A stretch of 63,580 bases of DNA, counting the filler, from Choristocarpus tenellus KU-1152 (Eukaryota; Protista; Phaeophyceae), in NCBI GenBank assembly GCA_964200185.2. It is 13 parts of 13 records of this genome, joined end to end, with 100 filler letters (N's around TTAATTAATTAA, not from the genome) between each part and the next. Parts side by side here need not be neighbours in the genome. Positions count along the whole stretch, not along the records: positions 41,428 to 46,617 come from CAXNAD020011567.1; positions 46,718 to 60,899 come from CAXNAD020001261.1; 11 more parts are not named here. One strand, written 5' to 3'. The notes below the pieces were generated by a model. The model was not told the DNA's origin and searched no databases. It saw only the letters and a list, made by a program, of their open reading frames with translations. A program made the position numbers and the translations under genes. Shown here piece by piece: positions 46,101-59,254 of the stretch (position 1 is the first letter of the stretch; every line of letters begins with the position of its first letter).

Positions 46101-46481
46101 CATGGACGTGTTCAGCCTCGGATGTGTCATTGCAGAGGTGAGGCTTAGAGGGTGGGAAGGTACAAAAAACTGTGTGCCTTATGCCCTTTTGCAGTCTGTC
46201 CTGTGTCGTTGGACCATTGCTTGCCCCGTGCTGTATCCAACCAGTGCTGTCCTCACTTTGCACTGACTGTGCTGAAGCAGCTCTATGTTCACCCGCTCCC
46301 TCCCCTGCAGATATTCCTAGGTGGTGAAGCACTTCTGGACCTACCTGGACTACTCCACTACCGCAACTCGGGGGATATGGAGGACCGCATGAAGAAGCTC
46401 CGTGCAGTCGGGCAGCCGGTGGTCCAAAGGCTGGTTCAACACATGGTTCAGCGGGATGCGGGGCAGCGCAAGTCCGTCAAG
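43141..46481 (+). CDS. VPS15: VPS15/PIK3R4 kinase-like PI3K regulatory subunit, 5' part (6 exons)
   Basis: MGN myristoylation start; VVVKVYIK; PNVLPYQ; [22 protein letters not shown]; [31 protein letters not shown]|DDHPAD..CYLAPER; [12 protein letters not shown]. Confidence 0.96.
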
Positions 46482-49400
46482 GTGAGACCAGATCCGAGCC
46501 AGAGGGGTGCGGTGGGGATCGATTTCTGTCAAGACCCGACCGCGAGTGCAATAGTCTAACTCACACTTTTTTTCTTTGTACTTGGGGGCAAGGGTTGATT
46601 GAGGAACAGAGGGGGGGNNNNNNNNNNNNNNNNNNNNNNNNNNNNNNNNNNNNNNNNNNNNTTAATTAATTAANNNNNNNNNNNNNNNNNNNNNNNNNNN
46701 NNNNNNNNNNNNNNNNNCCCCCTCCCAGATACTTTGGGTCATGACCCCTCATAGTTGATGTATGTTGTCTTGGAGGGAACAAGAAGAAACATGCAAGAAA
46801 CAATGTATTGCTTACAGGACAGGCCTTTTCACACACCTACAAGAGCATATTGGGAAAATAAGAAGTGAAACCTAACAAGAAAAGTATAGCTGAAACTGAT
46901 CCTAAACTGGCACTATTATGAAGGCGTTCTAGAAATAAGGGGAGAGTCCCACGAGTTTATCAAGTCTTCTCTTGCCCACCAACCCAGTGTCTCTAGATTG
47001 AACTGCACAAAACACGTTGAGATTGCCATTTACTTGTAAATTCGACTCACACAATATGTCACAGGTGTGCCCTCACTACTCCTTTACTGCTAACCCCCCC
47101 AGCCCTCCTGCTGAGTCACCACCTCGTCCAGCAATTGCTCTGTTTGTGTTCCTAGACACCTGAAGCTTTCCACTGTGAACTTGTTGAGTTTGAAACTTCA
47201 AGGAGCACCAAAAGATCACTTGTAGCAGTTACGATTTTAGGCCTCAGCAGCAACAGAAGTGACACTGTTGTTCATAGGCAAGTCTTCTTCGAGGTGTCAG
47301 TCCGACTCAACCTCTGCGAAGGTCACATTCAACAGTAAAGATCCTTTTCCCAGGAGCAGTGGTTGCATTGGACAGTTACCCATGAGTGGAATTCCGTGTC
47401 CATACAGAAATTCCAGTAAATGATAAAGGGACTTCCATCCTTCAGGGTGCAAGGGGTGCCCATCTACTGGCAGACGCTCCCTGTTGTCTGATTTTAGGCA
47501 CATACTGCCACACTTGTCCTCCTCCAGCCCTGGGGCATGTGCGTTTATGACTAGTGTCCACACCTTCTTGTCTTCCGCATCCAGTTACCAGTCAATGGTT
47601 GAACGGTGGCTCCTCTTCTCACCCTGAAGAGTGGTTTTATTGAGAGGCAGGATTCTTGGGAAGGGATCCACCTTCCTGGCTCAACAGATGTGAACATATT
47701 GATTAGATAGTTACTGTATTCTCATAAGCAGCAGTGTATCTTCTCTTTTTTGTAGGGCCTATATTGCCACCTTAGGTCACTAGGCTGATGATGTGGAATG
47801 CAGTCAGCTTCTGTGGGAAAGACAGGACGACCCAGACCTCGTAATGCAGTTAGTTACACAGGATACTTGCTTCCCGATGGATAGGGAGTCTTCTTGTCCC
47901 CGCAACCCATAATCTTTCTGCCTTGTACTGTGTATCCATTGACTCAAGGGTAAATCTATTTGATGATCTGTAACTGGAATTTTATATGGCCTTCTACATA
48001 ATACGGTAATAATTTAGAGACTCTCCTCTTCTTGCACATGCATACAGCAAAACCTTTGCTCATCGTCTTTGGTTGCTTGACGCAGGACTGCTACTACTAT
48101 TTCTACTACAACTGCAATGTTTACATTAGCTATCTGCCAGAAGATACTACTGAGTAATGGTAGTCAAGAACGGCACAGTAGGTCATCAAGATAGGAACAT
48201 TTCATCATGACCAAGAAAAACACCAATGTACAGGAACTGTACATCACTAATATTATTATTAATGAGTATTTCGCATTGAAGTTCCCGAAACACAGATTAT
48301 ATGGTATGTGCAGTAAAACATTACTAGAGTAGCTTAGTATCACTAACATGCATGTGCATGCTCTCTGCCTTGACGTTTTATGCGTGCAATCCGTGAAATG
48401 CATTTTGCTACTTACTGCAGATAATGACGCGTTTCCCCTTCCCGTCAAAATAATAACAGGAATCACCATACAAAAAAAAGGTGGTACGACAGACATGACA
48501 CATGTACTCAGAGGTGCAGTGTCAAGGGTCTGATTTTTCACGTAAGCTTCACTGTAGGTACTTCTAATACAACATACACATTTCCTTGAAGAGAACAGGT
48601 TTGCATCCATCTACTCTGTATCTTGCTAATACTAGTAATCTCCTATGATAGTTCAGCAATGGACAAACTTCAGGAAGATTTCAACCTGAAATGATGCAGC
48701 TGAAACACAGGCAGAGTGAATTTTTTTCATGACTGTTGATGCTATGTTTAGATGGCAGACCGTAATTGAGGTCAAGCAACAACAACGGATGGCATTTCCG
48801 AGGTTAACATGGGAAGATAAGCCACCAGCTTCCCAAGAACGGAGTACTATCAGCAAATACCATCAATCCACTACTCAACAACAAAAAATGCGATAAAATG
48901 GAATATTATGAACAAATCTGTCCCTTCTTCCCTCTCTACCTTGTATGTCAGCATCATTTTGTTTTATTCCTGTGGCATGGAGGGTGTAAACAAGTAGATC
49001 GTGCAAGATAGAGTGAAACTCCATTTGCAATTCTCAGGGGTGACCTGCAGCACTCACACTCCAATACTAGGTCCATTTCCTCTTCCACCCCCGAATCCCC
49101 TCTCCATCAACACCTTCACAACAGGGGCTAAGGCTCTTCAAACACACAAAGAGCAAAATACAAAAGCGATAACCTGGCAAAAAATCTTCACTCCCCAATA
49201 CTCCTTGAAACGCTCTGTAGTTTTGTTCATCCCTGCAAGTGAGGAGTGCACGTTCTGATGGAGGAGAACGCCATTCAATCCCATGCCATCGACAAGAATC
49301 CCTTAAGGAACTAGCCTTTACAGAGCCAGCACCCACCTGACCTGTCACAAAACAAGCACTCTGGTCTTACACCTAAGTCAGACCCACCTCTGCAATTCCT

Positions 49401-49869
49401 CAAATGAGGGCAGAGCTCTATATAACCGAACATCAGGCACTGAAGCTCTCAGAGAGTGTATTTGCCAATGACTAATGTCCAACTGATTGTAAGACGGAAG
49501 CTACTCAAATTGCCTTCCTATTCATAGGATCCATCTCTGGAATAGTCGCAGTCTCATACCCTAACCACAGGTACTTACTTGTCCCGACTCTCACCTGTCT
49601 CACGATGACCTTCATTTTGCACCACAATGCATAGTGTGCCCACTGAACTAAGCTTTTCAACACCAGATGTGCAATAGATCCTCTTCTAGTCACCCATCAT
49701 CTCATCAGTACACTCAAATATCACCCATAATGCCCTTAAGCCTCCCTTCCCAGTTCCCCTACCAGACATTGTGCAACCAAAAAAAGTTCAGTGAACACAA
49801 TCAACAAACTGGGGGTCAATGCTACAACACAGTTGAAGTCCCTTTCCCCCCTGCCACTGAACACTCTGG

Positions 49870-52800
49870 TCACACTGGGGGTAATGGCGAGTTCATGCCC
49901 TTGACTATCTCAACAAACTTTATAAACCATTCAGGAACACTGTTGAGGAAGGAGTTGAGGCTGATGATGTACACAAAGAAAGCCACCTGTATATTGATCC
50001 GCACATTGTGTTGGAGGTGTACGTAATTAGGAAGGACACAAAACATACTAAAAACAAGTAAGATTCTGTGAGGGCTGCTAAGCACAGTGACAAGCATAGC
50101 ATATATTGTCTGGATCGTATAGCTTCACGGGAGGGGAAGTGGGGTTGGATCAAGTAACGCCAACAATGGGCAAGAGATTGGAGCAAGCAACACAATGGCA
50201 CAGTAGAAAAAATAGCGAGATACAAAAACGTCATTACAGTCTCTATATACACAGCCTTCGTGCATGAACATACACCACACAGCCTACTTGAGCGCCCCAA
50301 CACAAATCCTGCCCCCATTTCACCATGTCCATCCCACCAAAACAAGTCACTGCAGTCATGAAAAATAAGAAATGTTGCTGTAAAATCGCTGTTGCAAATT
50401 TGACTTGTCACTTTTTTGGCTGAACATGTGAGGCTCGGTTGGAGCACAGATTACTAATTCTGTACTGCAACAACATTGGAACACCTCATGTGAGGCCCAT
50501 TTAGCCCAGGACTACAAAGTATGGTTGAACCCAGTCTGGCACTATCTAGCAAATTAGTACACACAGATATATAGAGAAAGCCAAATACCTTTGATACTTT
50601 AGGCATTGCTTCCTGCCTGTTATTCGGGTGCTCTTGAATAGATCAAGAAGGTTGAGAGTTGCAGCATCCTTCACTCTTGTTTTATTTTTTTAGGTGGGGT
50701 TGAAATCTAATTGTCAATACCCAATTCTGCCTTCATCAAGTCAAACCTATTTAGCTTGTACGGTAGGGTTCAATGCTAATGGACGCACAAGCCAATTCTA
50801 CACAAGCAGCAACAGCCCCTACCTGTGCTGCCACTGTCAAGACAGTCAGCTGTATTACTCGTCTGGGGCTTGGCCAGATAATATTCTTACCCTGCAGAGT
50901 TTTCAGAGATGGCAGGGGAGGGGGGAGGGGGGACGGGTGACTGTTGATAGAGACTGTTGATAGAGGTTGTGTCAGTTGGTAGGGAACAGAATGCAACACT
51001 GGGGGAGCTCCTTTACCAACTCCTACAAAGAGGCCTGACAACAGTCGTCTTAGAGTGATGTGCAATGAGCCCATCAATTCTTATCCAATTCTGTCAGTTT
51101 GTCAGACTGCACTTTACTCCCCCCCCCCCCCCCCCCTTCTATCCTGACTAAATCTCCATGACTTGCTGAATCATAACAATATCAAGAGACTTTAACATAG
51201 GGTAGCAGACATCTAAAAGGCAGTAAATGACCACCATCCCCTACACTACTACTACCTTTTCACAAGGCCTCCTGTCGACCACATAACCTGCCCTCAAACT
51301 TGGTATAACCTCATGGCATGCAAGTACCCTTCAAGTGTGATGGACTGCCAACATTCTCATCCCTTTCACACAAGACAGAGTTACACATACTACATACATA
51401 CAGACGCATAAAGCAGTACCTAAGCAATCTCCATCCAACACAACTTGGCCTTACCAATTCCCTCTCACCTCATCAACAAATTCGGCATCAGTCTGAACTC
51501 CCAGCTTCTCCAGTTCTTCCGGCTCAGTAGCATCCAATGCAGCTCGTTCTTGAGGGGTCAATTTTGCCTCCTCGTCGTCTGCAATCTGTGCCTGTTGATC
51601 ACACATATATTCCCACCAAACACACAAGGCAACACAACATACATAAAGCACATAATTTCCTTTTGTTGGACCTCTCAAACAGGATCCCACACACAAACAT
51701 ATAGTTGTACTTGAACCTGTCACATGAGCACTTCATTTAGTCGAAGCCTTCGGTTTCATGGTCTGATCAATCTGTAGTTACATACGGAGCTGCTTTCTAG
51801 TACACAAGCATGCACAACTGATTGACCATGGACACAGCCTAGTCATTACTGGTTACAGGAGAGCACCTAAAAATATAGTATATATATAGTATAGGTTGTC
51901 CTCTGCTCTAATGGCCAAGTGACAAATGGCGCACACAAGTATCTGTCCAAACCTTGATGCAAGCATATCAATGGTCCAATTCCCATGTATCAGTCTCGTT
52001 TTCCTCAGATAGCATTCGTGTGCCATATTGTGCTTTTTGAGTGGTGCAAAAGAGAAAATATTTTGGTAATTTGAGAGAACTTGGCGATGAAAAGGTAACC
52101 TCGGAGTGGGCTCAGCACTAAAATTTTAGAGGTGGGAACATGTAAATCAATTGCATCATACCCGTGATATCTAGGGACCGATGTTGGAATCAGATCAATT
52201 AGTAGGTGCACTAATAGGAAGTTCGTGGTGGTGGTGTAGAACCCAGGTGGGATCCTGGTAGAGGTGTCACTTGAGTTGCCCTCATTCCTTCTAATTTCCT
52301 GGGTTCACCGACAAGATGTAAGATCCTAGCTCCAGGTTGAGGATATTTGATAAGGTTATACGACCAATGCATGTAGCAACTCCAGGTATACTCCTCTCTC
52401 AGACTATGCTGATGTGTCATACCCTCTGGTGTGGCATGGATAACACACCTGGACAGCCACTTCTTGCCTTAGCTCCTCCAGCTGTTCTTCCAATGTCTTC
52501 TCCCGCGCACCTTGCGCGAACACATCCGCAACACCCCCTTCAGACAATGGGGGGTTGTCAGGAGTACTGAGTAGTCTAGGTAACTCGTGTGGCCTTGTGT
52601 CTGTGGGAGCGAGCATATAAATCGCAGTCAGTTTGTGACGGAAGAGCGTCAGGACCCTATATGCAGAGGAGCTCTCATATTCAACTTACAACTACTTGTA
52701 GGAACTGTCTAGTGCAGACATCACACCAGTGCCACTACAGGAAGTAGATAAACAAAAGAATACTTGCCTAGCAGCCGACTATTCACTTCCTCAAAAGTTC

Positions 52801-53114
52801 GAGTCAGCGATATATACTGGATGGGGCATAGCATGGAAGAAGGAAAGAAATCGAACCTAACAGTATGGCGCTTGCACTCCAAGTCCTCTAAAGTTGATCC
52901 CCACAACAACTAGTACGAAGTCAAAAGAGAAATCCTCAAAGGGTCACGAATTTGCTTTGCCTATAATATCTATAAGTTTACTCTGACCTGGTGTCACCCA
53001 TGATCCTCCCATATTTCTAGATACAACCCTGGCCATTGGAGAAACAAACCCCAGAGCTTGACATGTGCAGGCAGCAAATGTGGCGACTGTCAATGCTGAC
53101 CCTGACCTTCTCAT
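49870..53114 (-). CDS. secE: Nucleus-encoded plastid SecE-like translocon subunit, 5 exons (53114-~52989, 52684-52449, 51591-51469, 50891-50823, 49986-49870)
   Basis: Bipartite presequence (..CQALG-FVSP), an acidic linker, then EFVDE|GKNIIWPSPRRVIQLTVLTVAAQ|VAFFVYIISLNSFL, which fits the SecE E..x.WP motif followed by one TM helix. Exon phases agree. Confidence 0.72.
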
Positions 53115-53387
53115 CCTTTCTTCCACCCTTACAACTCAGGCACACCACAGAAACCGGAGCTCACTAAGTAAACCAGCACTCTCTAGCCTGCAAAGAGAGT
53201 ATTCACTACAAATAGCCAGCAACTCGACAGTATTGTGACCTTGTGGCTAAAATGTTCATTATTGGGGATAAGAGTAATGTGGGTCAAATCGCGCGCGGAG
53301 CGCGACGAGTTCAAGTGTTTATACCATGATCTCTCTCCACATTACTACCCTCGTATTTACTTGTAGATATACTTCGTTACTCTCGAC

Positions 53388-56300
53388 ATGTTGGCCAAGG
53401 TGGGAGCACGAATTGGGGCGTCTGCTCCATTGTTCGAGATGGAAATATTCTACGACGTGGCAAGGTAATTGCAACTGGTTGCGGCACTATCTTCAACTTG
53501 CGTGATGCAACTTGAGTTAACCCACTACCCCCCTTAAATTGTTGTTACTTCCCATAAACCCGATCGAGAAGCCCATATACATGGTTTTCATTCGAGACAC
53601 TGGTCCGCTACCGTCCCATCTGGGATGCAGACATCCGTTTTCGGCCCTTCTTCCTTGGCGGAGTAATGCAGGCCACTGGGTAAGCAACATACTCGATTTT
53701 TTTGGCTGATGCGTTGTCACTTTTCTAACCAGCGAAGGGAAGGTGGTAGGATAACGTCAGGGTAAGCCACCCCTGTCGATTTCTGTGTTTAATATGGACA
53801 CCCTGAAACAAGAAGGCCTCCACCCCATAATCCTTATGTAAATCAACTACGACAACCCCACAACCACCTCAACCTCTCCTTATCTGACTGGTATCCTACC
53901 CAGATACTTTACTGAGCTCTCACATTGGCTTCATCGGAGACTGTATTGTATTGTTATCCCACCATACTTCTCCCGTTGCCTGCTGTATGCTGAAAATATT
54001 CTTCGTATGGCACAAGGTTGTATAATTGCTCGCCCCGTTCAATATTTGCTTACAGAAATAAACCTCCAGGTCTGGTCAAGGCCAAGGCCAATTATATGCT
54101 CGAGGACACAAGGCGAATGTCACGGCACTTCGGAGTTGATCTGCAACAACCCAGCGATCCCACAGTCATTCTTCGCACTCTCCAGGCCCAGAGGTATGTC
54201 CACTTTTTAAAGGTTTGAATCTTTCTTGGTGATGCATAGTGCCCTGTTATTCTGTTTCAGTTTTATTTCAGCGACGACCGATCTATTTTAAGCTTGACCT
54301 GGACATGAAAAAAGGGTGAGATGCAACGTTGGGTTACACTCTGCTCATTCATTCCCTAACCCTAATACCTACTAGGTTTGGGCTTTTTCGATAGGGAGAG
54401 ACCAAATTGAGGTGGGGCTGCTCTAGTACGAGAAGGGGTAGTTGTTGTTAGGGGGAGTCCTGAACATCTCATGAGGCCTTGGCAAGTAGTATTTCCCACA
54501 CCTCTCCTCCCTAAGGGTGGTTTTCCTTCAAACATCCTATGATGACTGTGGGGGGATGTTTCAGGTTGTTGACAGCTGTTTCAGTGGATCACCCCGAAAA
54601 GCTAGAGGAGCTCACTCAAGAACTTTGGGCAAGGATCTGGGGGCGGGATCAGCCCATTGACACTGAGGAGGTAAGGAGACTGCAGCCAATTCCTTATCAG
54701 CCCTGCCTTCATTTTCCTCACATGCACCCTCTCATTGTCAGACACCGTTGAAATTATCAGGAAATAGAAGCAGGAATTTTGTACTTAGTTGTAAAAAGCT
54801 GTGCCTGATGGAAAAACGAGTTGTCATCCATACACACATCCATGTGTGGTTTGTAATGCATTTATATGCTTATACATCACCCAGCACATACCCTGGTAAG
54901 CCCAACCTCAACTTGCTACAGATTTCTATTGTTTTTTTACCTTGTAGTCCCCTCTGACTCCCATTTCTCTACAAATTGCAAGACTCTTACTGAGTTCTTG
55001 CACTTCTTTCTTTTTGATGCTTTGCATCCTCCACCATTAAATGTATGGCATAGTAACAAATCCACAACTCATACACCAGGGGAGGAAATAGAGCTATAGG
55101 TGCTGCATGCTCTTGTAGATAGGAACCTTTCTGTGCATGACTCCCTTCACATGGAGTAGTATCTGGGGAAGCAGGGGTGGAGTGTGCAACCTGTACCTAT
55201 TCTACTCTAGATTTTGTGGTAGTTTTAGTATACTTTTGGTATCTTCCACTGTTGTCTAGGTATCTGCTGCATCAAGTGCAATTGTTATGCACATCACAGA
55301 CTACTCCTTGTGTAGCACAGTGTGCAGTAGATCTGGTGAACCAGACAAGAAGAGTACCCTGCAAGCGTGATGTGAAGTAGATGAATTGAGAACTTACCAA
55401 GGAATGTGCTCATGTTGACAATTGTTTGGGTGGTGCGTGTTGGGCACTGTTTTCATTCACAGCAAAATTGCCGCTTTGGAAGTATTTCATTAACATTCAC
55501 TAGTGGAATGTCAAACGTGTAGGATTGTATTGGAAGTTTGCCGGAGTAAGCTGACCCCTGAACCACACCGACACAGAAGGTGTGCCTTGCTGAAGTGTCT
55601 TAAGGGTGTAGGGTTCGTACCATCATTACTATTTTGGCGGTTTTCTTCCTCAGTCTTTCCTGCCGTTACTAATGGTACTGTTGTGAGAAATGAATGCCTT
55701 TGAAAGCATCACAAGATTGTAAAGAATTGTAGATAATGAGTTGCTATAGTACTATCAGTGAATTAAAGATAATCAACGTAAATTGATGTGTTAGATTCGA
55801 CTGTCTTCTTCATTGCACTGCACACTCTACTGGAATTTCCTCTGAGCACTCAGCCCTTCGTACCTTGCTCCATGCACTACACACAAGGTTCAGTTCTGAT
55901 TGAGTAGTACATGAAAGGCATTTGAACTGATTTCATGTATACTCGCCGAGTCTTTTGATTCACAACACTAATTGCAAGTCTTGCTGGAGGAATCTGATTG
56001 CCATGCCATGCCAACTTGCCTGGTATGGAACCAACTGTAGCACCTTACCTTTTCTTTGTGACTTGAATCTTGCTGTAATTTCAGGATGCTTCGAATATCT
56101 CATACCTTTGGATCTTAATATTTCAGGCATAGAGTTCTGTGGTACAGGTGTTTACTGCTAACCACCAAAGTGCACCAACAACACCACCTTCCCTAACTAC
56201 TTTATCTCAGAGTCTGCTTGAAGCTTGCTCTACTGTTGGCTTGTCTCCAGAACTGTCCCTGCTGCTCCTGGCACATTCTCGTGAACCGGAGATCAAGGAA

Positions 56301-57256
56301 CGCCTTAAGAGGGAAACCCAGACCGCTGTTGATAGGTGTGCTTGGTTGGGAGCTGTTTACTTTATTGTGATCATTTTTGTGCAATCTGTATTTATAGCAA
56401 TACTACCAGAAGTATTTGGCCTATGTATGCCCCTGACTGTTGATGTGTATATTGGTTGCTGTATCTGGGCATGGTTAGCAATTGTACAAACATTGCTGAA
56501 ATGACAAACCTCGAGTTTTAATTGTACAGTATCACATTTGCACCAATGCATCATTGTGGTTCTTACTCATGAAACCTTCCATACTGGGTGGGCAGGGATC
56601 GACAAGACAGAACCCTCTGTGCGAACAAGTACAAATGTTGCGGTGTAGATAGGGGTGATGGAATGTAGAAACAATTGTCTGAAGTGTTGCTTGGCTGGTG
56701 AAACTGAGGGTTGAGTACCACTCAATCAACCTACACCAGACTTTACTGTAGTCTTTCTTATGTAGCACACACAACAAGCTGCAGTTGTATAAATTGTGGA
56801 TAGTACTCCTTATTTTAGAGGGGGGGGGAGGGTTATCAATTTTCTCCAGTTTGCCTTATCCAGGTCGACAAGTTCTCAGCCAATCCTTCATTTGCACACA
56901 CACACACCACCCCCACCCACACATATCCGTACCATCCTTCTCCCATCACTCCTATCCCGTCTCATTGGACTTGACTACCTTTGGGGCGGTGGAATGTGTT
57001 ACTTGCTTGGATTAATGGGCTTCAAAGGGGTGCCTTTGGAGCACCCTGTATCTTTATCCGGAGAACAAACACAAGGAGAGGGACAGCATCACCAGGAGTA
57101 CAGCAGAGTGGAGAAGAGCACTGGCAGCACTTCTTTGGTAGTGATCGTTTTGAGGCAATGGCTGAGGCCATGGGCCAACCATGGTATGGACCGTGCCCAG
57201 CACCAAGCCACCACCCAGAACAATGGGCAAGAGGACAGATACCTTCGCGTCTATGA
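53388..57256 (+). CDS. GSTK1: Glutathione S-transferase kappa (DsbA-like), 6 exons, complete
   Basis: FYDVAS|PYTWFSFETL.RY..W..RPFFLGGVMQATG|NKPPGLV.AKANYM..|..W.RIWGRD..|IKERLKRETQTAVD|RGAFGAP..FFGSDRFE..WYGP; ends SRL*. Confidence 0.95.
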
Positions 57257-59254
57257 CTCGAGAAAGGCAAAGAGCTATAAATGATGTAACTTCTGGTAAA
57301 TGTCACAACATTATTTAACCTCCATGAATGACCTCAAAACTCCTGGTGCTCACATTCTGTCTTTGATTTCTGAATCGCCACTCTTGCTGCCCTGGTCACA
57401 ACTGAACTGTGGAGGACGAACAAGGAAGAAAGGAAAGGATGGACCGAAAATCATTTTTTTAATTTATCCAATTATGCTAGAGTTGGGCCACTATTGCCAA
57501 GCTGTTGTGGCAATCACTGCTCTTCCTAGGTCTGGGGGCAGGCAGGTACTAGAGGATAACACTGAACATTATGTAAATTGGGTCGATTCTATTGTTGCTC
57601 GTAAGCATGGGTAAAATTTTGTGTATATAATCCAAGAGTCTTATCTCGTGCTAGAAACAACCACTAGACAACACATGAGCTTGCAAGCAAAGGACTATTG
57701 CTCCATACTGTCTTATCATGTAGGAGGAATGCAATCGAGACAAAAGTTGTGCCTCACCTCACTAGTGTACCCAGAAAATTGCAGAAAACAATGTTTTCTG
57801 AGTCTTTTTTTCTCATCAAGGTCCACTCAAGATAATGCCCCATTCAACATGTGGGGAGTAGATACAGCCAAAGTTTGTACTGTTGAGAGTTTTTATTTCA
57901 AAACACTGGAACAAAAACTACCAGTATGTAAACTGTTCTTTTGTACATGAACAATGTTCATACACGTCAGTTACAAAGTTTACACGCACATTTGGTACTA
58001 ACTACACAGTGACTCCAGAGCAAGATAAGGGTATGGGAAACACAAGTTGCTCCTTTATTTTTTCTCTTTGATCACTCTTGGAGATTTAACGGGATTTTAA
58101 TCTACTGTAGATTGTGCATAGTTACAGATTCCCATTCACCTATTCTTTCTTAAGGAACATGCCTGTCTTGAGGGCATCATCAGTATCATCATACTGTGAA
58201 AACAAGGTTTTACTAGGTTACGACCCTCAAACGATTCTCCTTTGCCAACATGAACAAAGTTAGTGTGGTTGTGGATTGAAATACCCTTGTAATGAGCGAA
58301 GGACAAATAGCCCAGTAATCTGCTTATCACGCCACTCCTGCATCACCCTGCCAGCTCTACCCTGTAACTATCACTAGAAGAAGCAGAGGAGGACCACTCT
58401 TAGAGTGTTCCCGTTGTGTGGTGAAACACTGGCCTTCGAATATTACAATATCCTTTAGAGTCACTACTGCCACTATAAGGTACCCATGATTTTCAGCCCA
58501 GTGCGGTCATTGACTCAGTCAACCTATTTACTTTTACCACCCGTCATATAGTTTCTTCGGACAAGTTTGGTCAAGAAGGTGCAACAACAGCCTAATAGTC
58601 TTATTTTGCATCTCTGTGAAGGGTGTCCCTGTCTCGGAAATCCTTCCTTTACCATGTCCTCTTCCTCTCTCTGTTCTCGATTTCCTTACGCTAATATGTC
58701 AGCATAAAGTTTCATTTCCAGAATCAAGGCCTCAACTCAGCATCCAGTGCTTGCTTTCCTTCAAGCACTACAGAAGCCTTCGCAGCAACAATCACGGGGT
58801 TATGGGTACCTTGTCCATAGAGTTGATACTCCACTTTGCGAGGTGAGCTTAATTTGACCCCTTCGCGAGGCAGGGCTCATTGGGCCTTTCCTTCTTCCAA
58901 AGGTAGACCTCGTCTGTACTGAAACTACTAGTGTTGTTTCTGGTTAGTTTCCTCCCTCCAAATTCCTTTGGATCTCATTCCAATTATCCACCACAAAAAA
59001 AGTTCAGAAATGCAAAATGCATCATGTACCTCTTCTTTGTACAACTAGAACTATTGGCAAATCACACAAAATCGCAACATAAAAAAATGGGGGCAGAATG
59101 GACAGCCATGTTGAGTATAGAGAAGACCCATAAAGTTGAAGATTAGTTCAAAATACAAAAAAGTGCTGAAATATTAAATTATGTTCATACACACCGGCTC
59201 TTTTTCTCACGCCTCTCATCCACCCCATCCACCTTACAATCACCTTTGCCTGCT

